Source: an uncultured Eubacteriales bacterium (lineage in GTDB: Bacteria > Acidobacteriota > Aminicenantia > Aminicenantales > Aminicenantaceae). Taken from it: a stretch of 64,000 bases of DNA. Both the position numbers and the translations under genes were made by a program. The stretch is from the NCBI GenBank assembly GCA_964580235.1, contig CAZOJY010000001.1:25573-89572 (forward strand). The letters run 5' to 3'. The stretch's first letter is position 1; every line of letters starts with the position of its first letter. This document shows, one piece after another, positions 17,829-27,592 of the stretch. Below the pieces are notes generated by a model. The model did not search any database, was not told the origin of the DNA, and saw only the letters and a list, made by a program, of their open reading frames with translations.

Positions 17829-19064
17829 ATGAAAATTTACAGAGGCATGGTTTTCTTTTTCTTACTGTTCATGCTCTCTTTTCCCGCCTGGACCACCGAG
17901 AAAAAAGAATTCAGCCTGCCTGAAATTATCGACCTCGCACTGGAAAACAATCCTCTCCTGTCTGCCAAAAAAAACGAGGTCAAAGCCAGGGAGGCTTCCT
18001 ATGAGGCGGCCAAACGCCTCTCCAACCCAGAGCTGGAATTCAGCGTAGGAAGAGGAAAATCCTGGGACGAAGACATCCAAAGGAATACCGGAGGCATTTT
18101 GCTCAGCCAGTATTTAGAAAATCCTTTCAAACGCCATTACCGGATCCAGGTGTACGCGAAGGATTGGGAAGCCGCCGAATTCAGTCACACAATTCTCGCC
18201 CTTGACGTAACGTTCATGATAAAAAATTTTTATTATGACATCCTTCGCCAAAAATCCAGGCAGGAATTGGCCCGGAAAACTCTTGATTCTGTAAAAAAAA
18301 TCCACCGGTTGATAGAAAAGCGGGCTAAATTGGGCGAGATCAAGGAATTAGAAGCCATCAAACTATACGTGGAATCGCTCAAAGCACAAAAGGAACTGAA
18401 CCAGGTCCAAACCGCGCTCATCCTGGCCAAGGAGAAATTGAACCAATATCTGGGAAATATTCTCCCCCCCGATTTTTCAACGATCGGAAGACAACTGTAT
18501 AAAAAAACAAACATCGATGAGAACTCCATCCTGAAAATAGCTCTCCAGGTCCACCCCAGAATCAAAGAAAAAGAAGCCAGAATTGAACAGGCCAACAGCA
18601 ATTGGAGTTATGTCAAATGGCAGAGGTTCCCGGATTTTAAGCTTTCCGGATTCAGTCAAAAGGAGATTGACGGCCGGAACACCGGGATCGGGATATCCCT
18701 GGACATTCCTCTCTGGAATTTCAAATCCAAGGAAATTCGAGAGGCTGAAATGCTTACCCGGATGGAAGAAGAAGAGCTGAGGGCGCTGCAGATAGAAATT
18801 TCCACAGAAATCAAATCCAGGATCAGTCAGTTGAGGCTGTCAGAACAGAGCCTTCAGATTTTCCATCAAGGCCTTCTCGAACAGGCCGAGGAAAGCCTCA
18901 AAATTGCAGAAATCAGTTATACCCAGGGAGAAATATCCCTCATCGATTACCTCGATTCCCAACGAACCTACTTCCACATCCTGAATGATTATCAAGATTC
19001 TTTGTATCAATGGAATGCCGACAAAGCGGCTCTTGAAAGAGCCATCGGAGAAGAGATAAAATGA
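17829..19064 (+). CDS. czcC: Outer-membrane efflux protein (CzcC/CusC-like OEP) of heavy-metal RND system
   Basis: 411 aa. Signal peptide and OEP repeats. Positioned as the first gene of a C-B-A triad. Confidence 0.8.
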   Translation: MKIYRGMVFFFLLFMLSFPAWTTEKKEFSLPEIIDLALENNPLLSAKKNEVKAREASYEAAKRLSNPELEFSVGRGKSWDEDIQRNTGGILLSQYLENPFKRHYRIQVYAKDWEAAEFSHTILALDVTFMIKNFYYDILRQKSRQELARKTLDSVKKIHRLIEKRAKLGEIKELEAIKLYVESLKAQKELNQVQTALILAKEKLNQYLGNILPPDFSTIGRQLYKKTNIDENSILKIALQVHPRIKEKEARIEQANSNWSYVKWQRFPDFKLSGFSQKEIDGRNTGIGISLDIPLWNFKSKEIREAEMLTRMEEEELRALQIEISTEIKSRISQLRLSEQSLQIFHQGLLEQAEESLKIAEISYTQGEISLIDYLDSQRTYFHILNDYQDSLYQWNADKAALERAIGEEIK

Positions 19065-20326
19065 AAAAATATTTTTTGTTTCTCGCCATTCTCGTTTTTG
19101 CCTTCTGCGGAAACGGAGAAAGAAACTCCCCCGGAGAGTCTGCCGCACATCGGGAGGAACAAACACATAAGGAAGGAAGCCAGGATACCGAAAAAATGGT
19201 TTCAGAAGAACCGGAGGATCATGAACATCCCGAGCTTCATCTAAGCCCTGATAAACAAAAGGAATGGGGCATCATCCTCGGAAATGTTGCCAGGCAGAGC
19301 GTCTCCTCAACGCTCGATCTTCCGGGAATTTTAACGGTTAACCAGAACCGAACCGCCTACATATCATCCTATGTCCGGGGAAAAGTGATCGCCCACTCAG
19401 CGGACCTAGGAGATAGAATACACATGGGTCAGTCCCTTGTCACGATAAATTCTCCTGCATTTGCTCAGGCACAGGCAGACTTTTTGCGCGCCAGAGCAAA
19501 ATATCTGCTCAGCCAAAAAGAATTTGAACGGGCTAAAATGCTTCGAACAGAAAAAGCCATCGAGGAAAAAGAATACCTGAGGCGGGAAGCCGAACATGAA
19601 AAACTTGCGACTGAATACGGGGCCCTGGGTTCAGCGCTTCATTCCTATGGAATAACTCATGATCAAATCGATGATCTCATTAAAAAATGCAAGTCAATGG
19701 AAGACATGGAATACAAATGTGAAATCGCCGATCCGAATCTACCGATCCTGTCTCCGCTGTCCGGAACCATAATCTTCCGGGATGTGGTGAGAGGCGAACA
19801 TGTCGAACCCGATAAAATCCTTTATACCGTATCTGACCTCGGCACTCTCTGGGCAATCTTGGATGTTTACGAAAAAGATCTCCCAGAAATACACAAAGAC
19901 AGTGAGGTCACAATCACGACTTCCATTTATTCGGGGAAACATTTCTCCGGGAAAATCACGACCATCAGCGACCTCATCGATGAGAAGCTCCGGACCATCA
20001 AAATCCGGGTGGAAGTTGACAACCACGAAGGATTGCTCAAACCCAACATGTACATCCAGGGAACCATCAAAAATCCTGCGGGACAAAAAAACATCCTGGC
20101 CGTTCCTGAAGAAGCCATACAAAATTTGGACGGTGAAAAAGTCGTTTTTATTTGCGAAGAAGGGGATATTTTTGCGGTCAGGCATCTTAAGCTGGGAAAT
20201 AAAGTCGGCAATAACAGGATCGTCGCTCAGGGGATCTCAGAAGGCGACAACATCGTCATAAAAGGGGCATTTTATCTCAAGGCAGAACTTTCCAAGGCGA
20301 CTTTTGGACATGCCCATGTGCACTAA
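19061..20326 (+). CDS. czcB: Heavy-metal efflux RND periplasmic adaptor (CzcB/CusB family) with His-rich termini
   Basis: 421 aa. Lipoprotein-like N-terminus. His/Glu-rich segment (EEPEDHEHPELH) and C-terminal FGHAHVH. Membrane-fusion-protein core. 4-nt overlap with czcC. Confidence 0.85.
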   Translation: MKKYFLFLAILVFAFCGNGERNSPGESAAHREEQTHKEGSQDTEKMVSEEPEDHEHPELHLSPDKQKEWGIILGNVARQSVSSTLDLPGILTVNQNRTAYISSYVRGKVIAHSADLGDRIHMGQSLVTINSPAFAQAQADFLRARAKYLLSQKEFERAKMLRTEKAIEEKEYLRREAEHEKLATEYGALGSALHSYGITHDQIDDLIKKCKSMEDMEYKCEIADPNLPILSPLSGTIIFRDVVRGEHVEPDKILYTVSDLGTLWAILDVYEKDLPEIHKDSEVTITTSIYSGKHFSGKITTISDLIDEKLRTIKIRVEVDNHEGLLKPNMYIQGTIKNPAGQKNILAVPEEAIQNLDGEKVVFICEEGDIFAVRHLKLGNKVGNNRIVAQGISEGDNIVIKGAFYLKAELSKATFGHAHVH

Positions 20327-20353
20327 TTTTTATCAAGACAAATACACTTCAAA

Positions 20354-23300
20354 ATGATACAAAAAATCATCAATTTCTCACTCAAACAGAGGCCTTTCAT
20401 TGCCCTGGCTACGATAGTCCTGGCTTTTCTGGGATTTTTCGCTTTTAACAGACTCCCGATAGATGTGTTTCCCGATCCCTCCCCCCCTCTAGTCCAGATC
20501 TACACAGAGGCCCACGGTATGGCCCCTGAAGAAGTCGAAAGATTGATTTCTTACCCGATTGAATCTGCAATGTTCGGCTTGCCTCGGATAAAGAACATTC
20601 GTTCTACTTCAACCTTTGCCCTTTCCATCGTCAATGTCTATTTCGAAGATAAAACCGATATCTACTGGGCTCGCCAACTCGTCTCCCAACGCCTTCAGGA
20701 AGCCAGGGAAAACATTCCAGAACAAGCTCACAACCCAGTTCTAGGCCCGATCGCCACCGGACTGGGATTGGTTTATCTGTATTATCTTGAAGGCACAGGA
20801 TATTCCGCAATTGAACTCAGAACTATCCAAGATTGGCTTATCAAATACGAGCTCAAATCCGTGCCTGAGGTCTCTCAAGTTTTGAGCATAGGAGGGGATG
20901 TCAAGCAATTTCAGATCCTCATCAGTCCATATTCTCTCCTCAAGTATAACCTGTCGATATCCAATCTGATTGATAAAGTGAAGGAGAACAACCAGAATGT
21001 CGGCGCAAGCTTCATAACCAAAGGTGAAGAAGAATATATCGTCCGAAGTGTTGGCCTGATCCAAACAAAAGAGGATCTGGAAAACACTGTGGTGACCAAT
21101 TATCAAGGAACTCCTGTTTACCTCCGAGATATCGCGGATGTCAAAATACTCCCGGCAATAAAACGAGGAACAGCTCTGGCAAACGGTGAAGGAGAAAAAG
21201 TTGTCGGAATGGTTCTCAAGCTCTTTGGGTCCAACACGGCCAGAGTCATCCAAAATTTAGAAAAGAGAATTGCGGAGATAAGCGTGTCTCTGCCGCCCGG
21301 TGTGAAAATTGTTCCCTTTTATAACCAAGCTTCTCTTGTGAAAAAATGTTTTTCTACAGTTACCACAAACCTGATCTTCGGCATTATTCTAGTCATTCTG
21401 GTGCTCTTTCTTCTCATGGGAGATTTTTCCTCTGCCTTAATCGCGGTCTTCTCGCTGCCTTTTTCTGTTCTTTTCTCGTTCATCATAATGGAGCGCATAA
21501 ACCTCGCGGCGGATTTGATTTCATTCGGGGGGTTTGCCATAGGCATAGGCTTGATTGCGGATGCATCCATCATTTTTGTCGAAAACGCTCACCGCCATCT
21601 CCAGCTGCCTTATGAATCGAAGGCTCATGCTATAGTCTCGGCCGGAGAAGAGGTCGGGCGCCCTATCTTCTTCGCCATCGCCATTATCGTCCTGGCTTTT
21701 CTCCCGATTTTTACGCTCACCGGTGTGGAAGGGATCATGTTCCGGCCAATGGGATACACTATTTCTCTTGCTTTGGCAGGTTCTCTAATTTTTGCATTGA
21801 TATCGGCTCCAGCGCTCTGTCATCTCTTTCTGAAGCGCAAACAGGCTGCGGCAAAAGACTCTTTTCTAATCAAACACACAAGAAAAATTTACATTTCTTT
21901 TTTTCACCTCTGTGAAAAACATCGGAAAAAAGTTTTTTTGATAACCCTCTTGGCCTTTCTGTCTGGCCTTTTCATGGTTCCCTTTCTTGGAAGAGAATAC
22001 ATTCCTTATCTTGAAGAGGGGACGCTTCATCTGCGCGTGACCATGGACCCGAATATCAGCCTCCAGGAAGCCATCTCCACAGCCTCCGCAATTGAAGGCA
22101 CCATAAAAGAGGTCCCGGAAGTTACCGGAGTTTTGACCCGTATCGGCCGGGGAGAGGTGGGCAGTCACGCCCACTTTGTGAATGATGCAGAAATTCTCAT
22201 CGAGCATAATCCCATTCAAAAGTGGAAATATTTCCACAGCAAAAACGAACTCATCGAAGAAATAGAGCACAGATTGGAAACCTACCCTGGAATAAACCTC
22301 AACATGACCCAACCCATTGCCCACAATCTAGACGAGCTCATCACAGGAGTTAAAGCACAATTGGCCTTGAAAATCTACGGAGAGGACTTTGGTATCCTGA
22401 AGGAAAAATCTATCCAGATCAAAGACTTAATTACGAACATTAAGGGAGCTGCAGACGTCCAGGTAGAGCAGTTCACAGGCCAAAATCAAATCAAGATTGT
22501 CCTCCAAAGGGATAAAATCGCGCGATACGGTGTAAACATCAACGATATCCAAAAAACAATCGAGGCGGCAGTAGGCGGAATGACCCTCGGCCAGATCTAT
22601 GAAGAACAAAAAAGATTCGATGTTTTCCTCAGATTTAAGTCAAAATTCAGAAAAGATACGGAACAGATCGGGAACTTGCTTATACGTATTCCTGGCAGCG
22701 CCCAGGTTCCCTTAAAACAATTGGCCTCAATCGAAGAGGTCGTCGGCCCCAGAGTGATAAACAGAGAAAAAAACAAAAGATTTATCACTATTCAATGCAA
22801 TATCCGGGGAAGAGACATCGGGACTTTTGTGGATGAAGCTCAGATAAAAATTGAGGCAAACATCTCACTTCCTCCCGAATATCTGATCAAATGGGGAGGA
22901 CAGTTCGAACTCCAACAGCGGGCGAACAGGCGTTTTGCCATCATCATGCCCATCACACTGGCTCTGGTTGCTCTCATGCTGTTTACTATTTTCCGCTCTT
23001 TCAAAGAAGTTCTGATCATTCTGATAAACATTCCTTTAGCTTTGATAGGCAGCATTTTAGCTCTGAAAATCTCTGGACTCTACTTGAGTGTGCCTGCTTC
23101 TATCGGCTTCATTGCCATCTTCGGAATTGCTTTAGAAAACGGGTTGGTTCTTCTCTCTGCTTTTCACCGCTATCTTAAGCAAGGGATGACGCTTAAAAAA
23201 GCGATCAATGAAGGAGTTAATGTCAAACTCAGGCCGGTGTTGATGACAGCCTTTACAACAATTTTTGGTATTCTCCCGCTTCTATTGGCCAAGGGGCCAG

Positions 23301-23419
23301 GAGCCGAAATCCAAAGGCCATTGGCAACCGTGGTGGTCGGAGGGCTTTTTACATCTACCCTTGTCACGCTGATCGTGCTTCCCCTCATTTTCCAGACGCT
23401 TAAAAAAGAAAAAAATTAA
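20354..23419 (+). CDS. czcA: CusA/CzcA-family heavy-metal efflux RND transporter
   Basis: 1021 aa. 12-TM RND architecture. Characteristic N-terminus (RPFIALATIVLAFLGFFAFNRLPIDVFPDPSPPLVQIY) and conserved TM4 acidic region (ADASIIFVENAHR). Confidence 0.92.
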   Translation: MIQKIINFSLKQRPFIALATIVLAFLGFFAFNRLPIDVFPDPSPPLVQIYTEAHGMAPEEVERLISYPIESAMFGLPRIKNIRSTSTFALSIVNVYFEDKTDIYWARQLVSQRLQEARENIPEQAHNPVLGPIATGLGLVYLYYLEGTGYSAIELRTIQDWLIKYELKSVPEVSQVLSIGGDVKQFQILISPYSLLKYNLSISNLIDKVKENNQNVGASFITKGEEEYIVRSVGLIQTKEDLENTVVTNYQGTPVYLRDIADVKILPAIKRGTALANGEGEKVVGMVLKLFGSNTARVIQNLEKRIAEISVSLPPGVKIVPFYNQASLVKKCFSTVTTNLIFGIILVILVLFLLMGDFSSALIAVFSLPFSVLFSFIIMERINLAADLISFGGFAIGIGLIADASIIFVENAHRHLQLPYESKAHAIVSAGEEVGRPIFFAIAIIVLAFLPIFTLTGVEGIMFRPMGYTISLALAGSLIFALISAPALCHLFLKRKQAAAKDSFLIKHTRKIYISFFHLCEKHRKKVFLITLLAFLSGLFMVPFLGREYIPYLEEGTLHLRVTMDPNISLQEAISTASAIEGTIKEVPEVTGVLTRIGRGEVGSHAHFVNDAEILIEHNPIQKWKYFHSKNELIEEIEHRLETYPGINLNMTQPIAHNLDELITGVKAQLALKIYGEDFGILKEKSIQIKDLITNIKGAADVQVEQFTGQNQIKIVLQRDKIARYGVNINDIQKTIEAAVGGMTLGQIYEEQKRFDVFLRFKSKFRKDTEQIGNLLIRIPGSAQVPLKQLASIEEVVGPRVINREKNKRFITIQCNIRGRDIGTFVDEAQIKIEANISLPPEYLIKWGGQFELQQRANRRFAIIMPITLALVALMLFTIFRSFKEVLIILINIPLALIGSILALKISGLYLSVPASIGFIAIFGIALENGLVLLSAFHRYLKQGMTLKKAINEGVNVKLRPVLMTAFTTIFGILPLLLAKGPGAEIQRPLATVVVGGLFTSTLVTLIVLPLIFQTLKKEKN

Positions 23420-23421
23420 AC

Positions 23422-24108
23422 GTGTTTAAAACCACTTCGTTTCGAACAATCACCATACTGATTTTTCTTTTTTTTGTCTTCCTGACTTCCTGCACATCCC
23501 CTCCTAGTGGCTACATCATCCTCTGTGCCGGAGACAGTATCACCGAAATCGGTTATCCCAAATATCTGAAACCCCTTCTCAGGGAAAAAGGCATCCGGGC
23601 AAAGGTCGTGAATCAAGGCAGAAGCGGTTTTAACTCAAAAGAATATCTGGTTTTCCTCAAAAAAAAAAGAACGGTATTAGCCGAAAACCATCCGGATTTT
23701 ATTTGTCTTCAACTGGGAACTAACGATGTCCGGACAGACCATGACCACATATCGGCCAATGATTTCTACACCAATATGAAAGAAATCATTCGCCTTTTTC
23801 GGGCTTTTAAATCAAGATCAGGGAAAAAAACCCATATCCTTCTCGCAACTATCCCGCCGGTCCCCGATAACTCTTCCTTTCCCTTTGCTTCCGCATCAAC
23901 CACACGGGTTGAACAGGAAATAAATCCCATCATCCAAAAACTGGCTTCGGAAGAAAAAATACACTTAGTCGACAATCATTCTATTTTCTTCCGCCTCCCC
24001 CAACTCCTTCCAGAAGTCCACCCGTCCAACCAGGGATATGAAGCGATGGCCAAAAACTGGTACGAAGCCCTCAAAAAGCAGGGCATGAAGCCCGCGGGAA
24101 AAACTTGA
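23422..24108 (+). CDS. SGNH/GDSL-family hydrolase, probable lipoprotein
   Basis: GDS block (ILCAGDSITE), block III (LQLGTNDV) and C-terminal catalytic DxxH-like region. Lipobox FLTSC. GTG start 2 nt after the czcA stop, with no Shine-Dalgarno sequence. Confidence 0.7.
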   Translation: MFKTTSFRTITILIFLFFVFLTSCTSPPSGYIILCAGDSITEIGYPKYLKPLLREKGIRAKVVNQGRSGFNSKEYLVFLKKKRTVLAENHPDFICLQLGTNDVRTDHDHISANDFYTNMKEIIRLFRAFKSRSGKKTHILLATIPPVPDNSSFPFASASTTRVEQEINPIIQKLASEEKIHLVDNHSIFFRLPQLLPEVHPSNQGYEAMAKNWYEALKKQGMKPAGKT

Positions 24109-24189
24109 TATTTTCACACGGAAATGGTATTATAATAAAAAAAGATATTCTTCATCTTTTACTCTCAGCCTAACGCATGGAGTACAATT

Positions 24190-24516
24190 ATGAACAGGAA
24201 ACTTATCCGACCGAGCCTTACTGATTATAAAGAAAAGATGAGCAAAGATTCCGCCAAAAAAAAGCATCATCCTTCCTACGATACCCATGCCGAAAATTAT
24301 TATTACCTCAAACAGATGAACAAAAAAACGCGCATGGCAGTTGTGCTTATCGAAGGAGAAACCGTGGAAGGATACATCGAGTGGTATGATAAAAACTGCA
24401 TCAAGCTCAACAGAGATCAAAACCCGAACCTATTGCTCTACAAACGTTGCATCAAATACATGTACAAGCTCGAAGATAAAAAGACCCCTAGTAAATCCCC
24501 AAAAAAGAAAAAATGA
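24190..24516 (+). CDS. Divergent Hfq-like (Sm-fold) RNA-binding protein with 45-aa basic N-terminal extension and Lys-rich tail
   Basis: The core MAVVLIEGETVEGYIEWYDKNCIKLN...LLLYKRCIKYM aligns to Hfq Sm1 ([25 protein letters not shown]) and Sm2 (MVYKHAI). GGAG lies 8 nt upstream of the ATG. 4-nt ATGA overlap with pdxA. Confidence 0.5.
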   Translation: MNRKLIRPSLTDYKEKMSKDSAKKKHHPSYDTHAENYYYLKQMNKKTRMAVVLIEGETVEGYIEWYDKNCIKLNRDQNPNLLLYKRCIKYMYKLEDKKTPSKSPKKKK

Positions 24517-25466
24517 CCCTTCCCAGGATTGGCATCACTCTTGGAGATCCCGGAGGTGTCGGTCCTGAAGTCACACTCAAATCTCTTTTTGCCACCACGC
24601 TCCTTCCCCGGGCCCGTTATGTCCTGTTTGGATCGCAAGCTGTTATCGACAAGGAACGAGAGACGCTGAATTTCGATCCATCCTTCTCCCACAATTGCAT
24701 CTCTTTGCATGAAACCGAATATTTATCGCCGCAGGTTAAGAAGGGAAAGCCGACACCACAGAACGGAAAGGTTTCCTTCCGCTATTTCGAGAGGGCTGTC
24801 CGCGAGGCCCGGGAGGGAAACTTGCAGGCTATTGTCACAGCTCCCATATCCAAACAATCCTGGAATCTTGCGGGGATTCCTTGGGCCGGTCATACCCATT
24901 ATCTCAGCCATTATTACCCTGAAGCAATTATGTTTTTCTGGTCGGAAACCCTGAAGGTGGCTCTCTTCACACATCACCTTTCTTTGAAGCAAGCTCTCGC
25001 AAAGATCGAAGAAAAAACATTGTTTGCATTTCTGCTGCGCCTTTACGAAAATCTAAAAAAAATCCAATCTCAAGACTTCAAGTTCCTTGTCTCCGGGTTG
25101 AATCCTCACGCTGGAGAACAGGGCCTGATGGGCACAGAAGAAAACGAACAGATCATTCCAGCGATCAAAAAAGCCCAAATAAAAGGGATTCCAGTGAGCG
25201 GACCTTTTCCCCCAGATGTTGTTTTTCGGGACGTTGTGAATAAACCAGATAAAATCGTGATCGCCTTATATCATGACCAGGGCCTTATCCCATTTAAGCT
25301 TCTCGCATTTAACCGTGGCGTCAACCTGACTCTCGGCCTTCCTTTTGTTCGGACATCCCCTGATCACGGGACGGCTTTTAATATCGCAGGAAAGGGAATA
25401 GCCGATCCGATGAGCATGAGAGAAGCCGTACGCCTTGCCCATCGATTCGCTTCAATAATAAGTTAG
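24513..25466 (+). CDS. pdxA: 4-hydroxythreonine-4-phosphate dehydrogenase
   Basis: 317 aa. N-terminal IGITLGDPGGVGPEV and conserved GHTE-like and NPHAGE motifs. Confidence 0.9.
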   Translation: MTLPRIGITLGDPGGVGPEVTLKSLFATTLLPRARYVLFGSQAVIDKERETLNFDPSFSHNCISLHETEYLSPQVKKGKPTPQNGKVSFRYFERAVREAREGNLQAIVTAPISKQSWNLAGIPWAGHTHYLSHYYPEAIMFFWSETLKVALFTHHLSLKQALAKIEEKTLFAFLLRLYENLKKIQSQDFKFLVSGLNPHAGEQGLMGTEENEQIIPAIKKAQIKGIPVSGPFPPDVVFRDVVNKPDKIVIALYHDQGLIPFKLLAFNRGVNLTLGLPFVRTSPDHGTAFNIAGKGIADPMSMREAVRLAHRFASIIS

Positions 25467-25467
25467 G

Positions 25468-26259
25468 ATGAAAATCTGCACGTTTAACGTCAATTCTATC
25501 CGCGTCAGAACAGATTTGATCAGGGAATGGTTAAATCACCGGAACCATGACGTGGATGTATTGTGTTTTCAGGAACTCAAGACCATCGAAGAGAATTTTC
25601 CTTCCGAAGATTTTAAAAAAATGGGCTTTTCGTGTGCCGTGTTCGGACAAAAAGCCTACAACGGGGTTGCCATCTGCTCCCGCCTGCCAATGGAACACAG
25701 CCGGAAAGGTTTTGAAGATCCGCAGTGGGATGAACAAAGGAGGCTCATCACAGCAAAAATAAAAGGCATCCATATCCTCAATGTTTATGCCCCTCACGGC
25801 GGTTTAAAAGGCGAAGAAAAACATAACTACAAAAGGAATTGGTATAAAAAACTCATCTCTCACCTCCAAGATTCGTACTCGCCAAAGGATCCTCTCCTTG
25901 TCGTTGGGGATTTAAACGTCGCGAGGGCAAACCTGGACGTATTCGATCCGGAGGCTCTCGATGGGGCTATCGGCACGTTGCCCGAAGAGCGGGAATCACT
26001 CCAGAATCTCCTTGACTGGGGATTGACAGATATCTTTCGGCATCTCTACCCGGACAGTATCCAATTCACATGGTGGGATTATATCGGCGGAGCTATATGG
26101 AAAAATGAAGGGATGAGAATCGATTACATCCTATGCACAGAACGCCTTAGAACCAAGATAAGGGATGTGGAAGTGGACCTCTGGCCTCGGCGTCGGCGGG
26201 CCCCAAAACCTTCGGATCATGCCCCTGTGATCGTGACCTGGGATGTTCCTGGAAAATAA
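25468..26259 (+). CDS. xth: Exodeoxyribonuclease III (AP endonuclease, EEP family)
   Basis: 263 aa. MKICTFNVNSIRVR start, QELK motif, DLNV and catalytic SDHAPV at the C-terminus. Confidence 0.9.
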   Translation: MKICTFNVNSIRVRTDLIREWLNHRNHDVDVLCFQELKTIEENFPSEDFKKMGFSCAVFGQKAYNGVAICSRLPMEHSRKGFEDPQWDEQRRLITAKIKGIHILNVYAPHGGLKGEEKHNYKRNWYKKLISHLQDSYSPKDPLLVVGDLNVARANLDVFDPEALDGAIGTLPEERESLQNLLDWGLTDIFRHLYPDSIQFTWWDYIGGAIWKNEGMRIDYILCTERLRTKIRDVEVDLWPRRRRAPKPSDHAPVIVTWDVPGK

Positions 26260-26260
26260 C

Positions 26261-26743
26261 TCAGCGCCAGCGTTTAAGCTCGGCCCTTAACTCCCGCTCG
26301 AGGTCCCTTTCCTTGATAACCTCTTTTTTCTGGTAGGCCCTCTTTCCTTTGGCCAAGGAAATCTCCACTTTTACCTTTCCTTTGGCATTGATCAAGATTT
26401 TTATAGGAACAAGAGTCAAACCCTTTTCCTTGATCTTTCCGGTCAAACGCTTAATCTCGCGATGATGGAGGAGAAGCTTCCGCTCCCTTCTGGGCTCATG
26501 ATTGAACCGGTTAGCGGCTTCATAGGGGCTGATATGACAATTCAAAAGAAAAACCTCCCCCTTCTTCACTTCCGCATAGCTTTCTTTCAGACTGATCCGT
26601 CCCTCTCGAATGGATTTGACCTCGCTCCCAAGAAGAGAAATTCCCGCTTCAAACGTTTCCAGGAGTTCGTAGTTAAAAAAGGCTTTCTTATTTTTGGCAA
26701 TAATTTTAGTATGCAGCGTTTTTCCCCTAACAGGGGTCTCCAT
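26261..26743 (-). CDS. smpB: SsrA-binding protein
   Basis: 160 aa. IAKNKKAFFNYELLE, GSEVKSIREG, and a C-terminal basic tail. Confidence 0.9.
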   Translation of the reverse strand: METPVRGKTLHTKIIAKNKKAFFNYELLETFEAGISLLGSEVKSIREGRISLKESYAEVKKGEVFLLNCHISPYEAANRFNHEPRRERKLLLHHREIKRLTGKIKEKGLTLVPIKILINAKGKVKVEISLAKGKRAYQKKEVIKERDLERELRAELKRWR

Positions 26744-26804
26744 CCCGAAAAGAGGGGCATGACGGAGACAATACTCCTCGGACAGAAGAAAATTAAGAAT
26801 AAGA

Positions 26805-27323
26805 TTAGGAATCTACGTGAGCGGTCCCGTCTTTGAAACAACTGGAAAGCATTGCCAGTACTTGATCCTCGATCTCTTCAAACGGACTGCATGAAACCTC
26901 AGAAATCTCCGTAACAACCAGTTTTTTCGCCTTTTCCATCATCTTTTTCTCACGGAAGGACAAGGGTTTAATCAGCTGGAGATAGTACAGGCTCTTTAGG
27001 ACAAGGGCCATATCCTGGATGGTCCCGGATTTCATTAAATCGACATGTTCTTTGTATCTTCCTTTCCAGTTCATGGTTACATCAACTCCGCCATTCCGGA
27101 TAAAATCAAAGATATCCTGGATGGAGTCTTCTGAGATAGGCTTGCGGATCCCGATTTCTTCAGTGTTGGAGGACGGGACTAATACGAGCGTGTTGTTGGC
27201 CAAGATTCTAACATGGTAGATCTGGAAGTCTTGTCCGAAATAATTTTCTTCCTGGATGTTCTCTATGATTCCGAGCCCCTGATTGGGATAAATTACCTTA
27301 TCGCCAATCTTTAATGCGTTCAT
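26805..27323 (-). CDS. carD: CarD/CdnL-family RNA-polymerase-binding transcription regulator
   Basis: 172 aa. N-terminal RNAP-interacting domain (KIGDKVIYPNQGLGIIENI) and C-terminal helical domain. Confidence 0.85.
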   Translation of the reverse strand: MNALKIGDKVIYPNQGLGIIENIQEENYFGQDFQIYHVRILANNTLVLVPSSNTEEIGIRKPISEDSIQDIFDFIRNGGVDVTMNWKGRYKEHVDLMKSGTIQDMALVLKSLYYLQLIKPLSFREKKMMEKAKKLVVTEISEVSCSPFEEIEDQVLAMLSSCFKDGTAHVDS

Positions 27324-27396
27324 GGTGCTTGAGTATTATAGGTAATAATTCCTAAAGAGTCAAATCGTGGCCCACGCCGGATTCATGCTTTTTCGC

Positions 27397-27425
27397 TTGA
27401 CAGATCAGAATAGGTTTATTAACAT
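27397..27425 (+). promoter_or_regulatory. Sigma-70-type promoter for rpmH-rnpA-yidD-yidC (TTGACA-N17-TAACAT)
   Basis: TTGACA at 27397-27402, a 17-nt spacer, then TAACAT at 27420-27425, about 30 nt upstream of the rpmH ATG. Confidence 0.45.
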
Positions 27426-27457
27426 ACTGTTTTCAAACAAGAAAGACTGATCAGAAG

Positions 27458-27592
27458 ATGAAAAGAACGTTTCAACCCAATAGGAGAAAACGAAAGAAGA
27501 ATCATGGTTTCCTCGTGCGAATGAGAAGAAAAGGTGGTCAGCATATCATCAAGAACCGCAGGCGCAAGGGCAGAAAAAAACTTGCCGTTTGA
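27458..27592 (+). CDS. rpmH: 50S ribosomal protein L34
   Basis: 44-aa [47 protein letters not shown], which is the canonical L34. Not in the ORF track because it is shorter than 60 aa. Its stop overlaps the rnpA start. Confidence 0.92.
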   Translation: MKRTFQPNRRKRKKNHGFLVRMRRKGGQHIIKNRRRKGRKKLAV

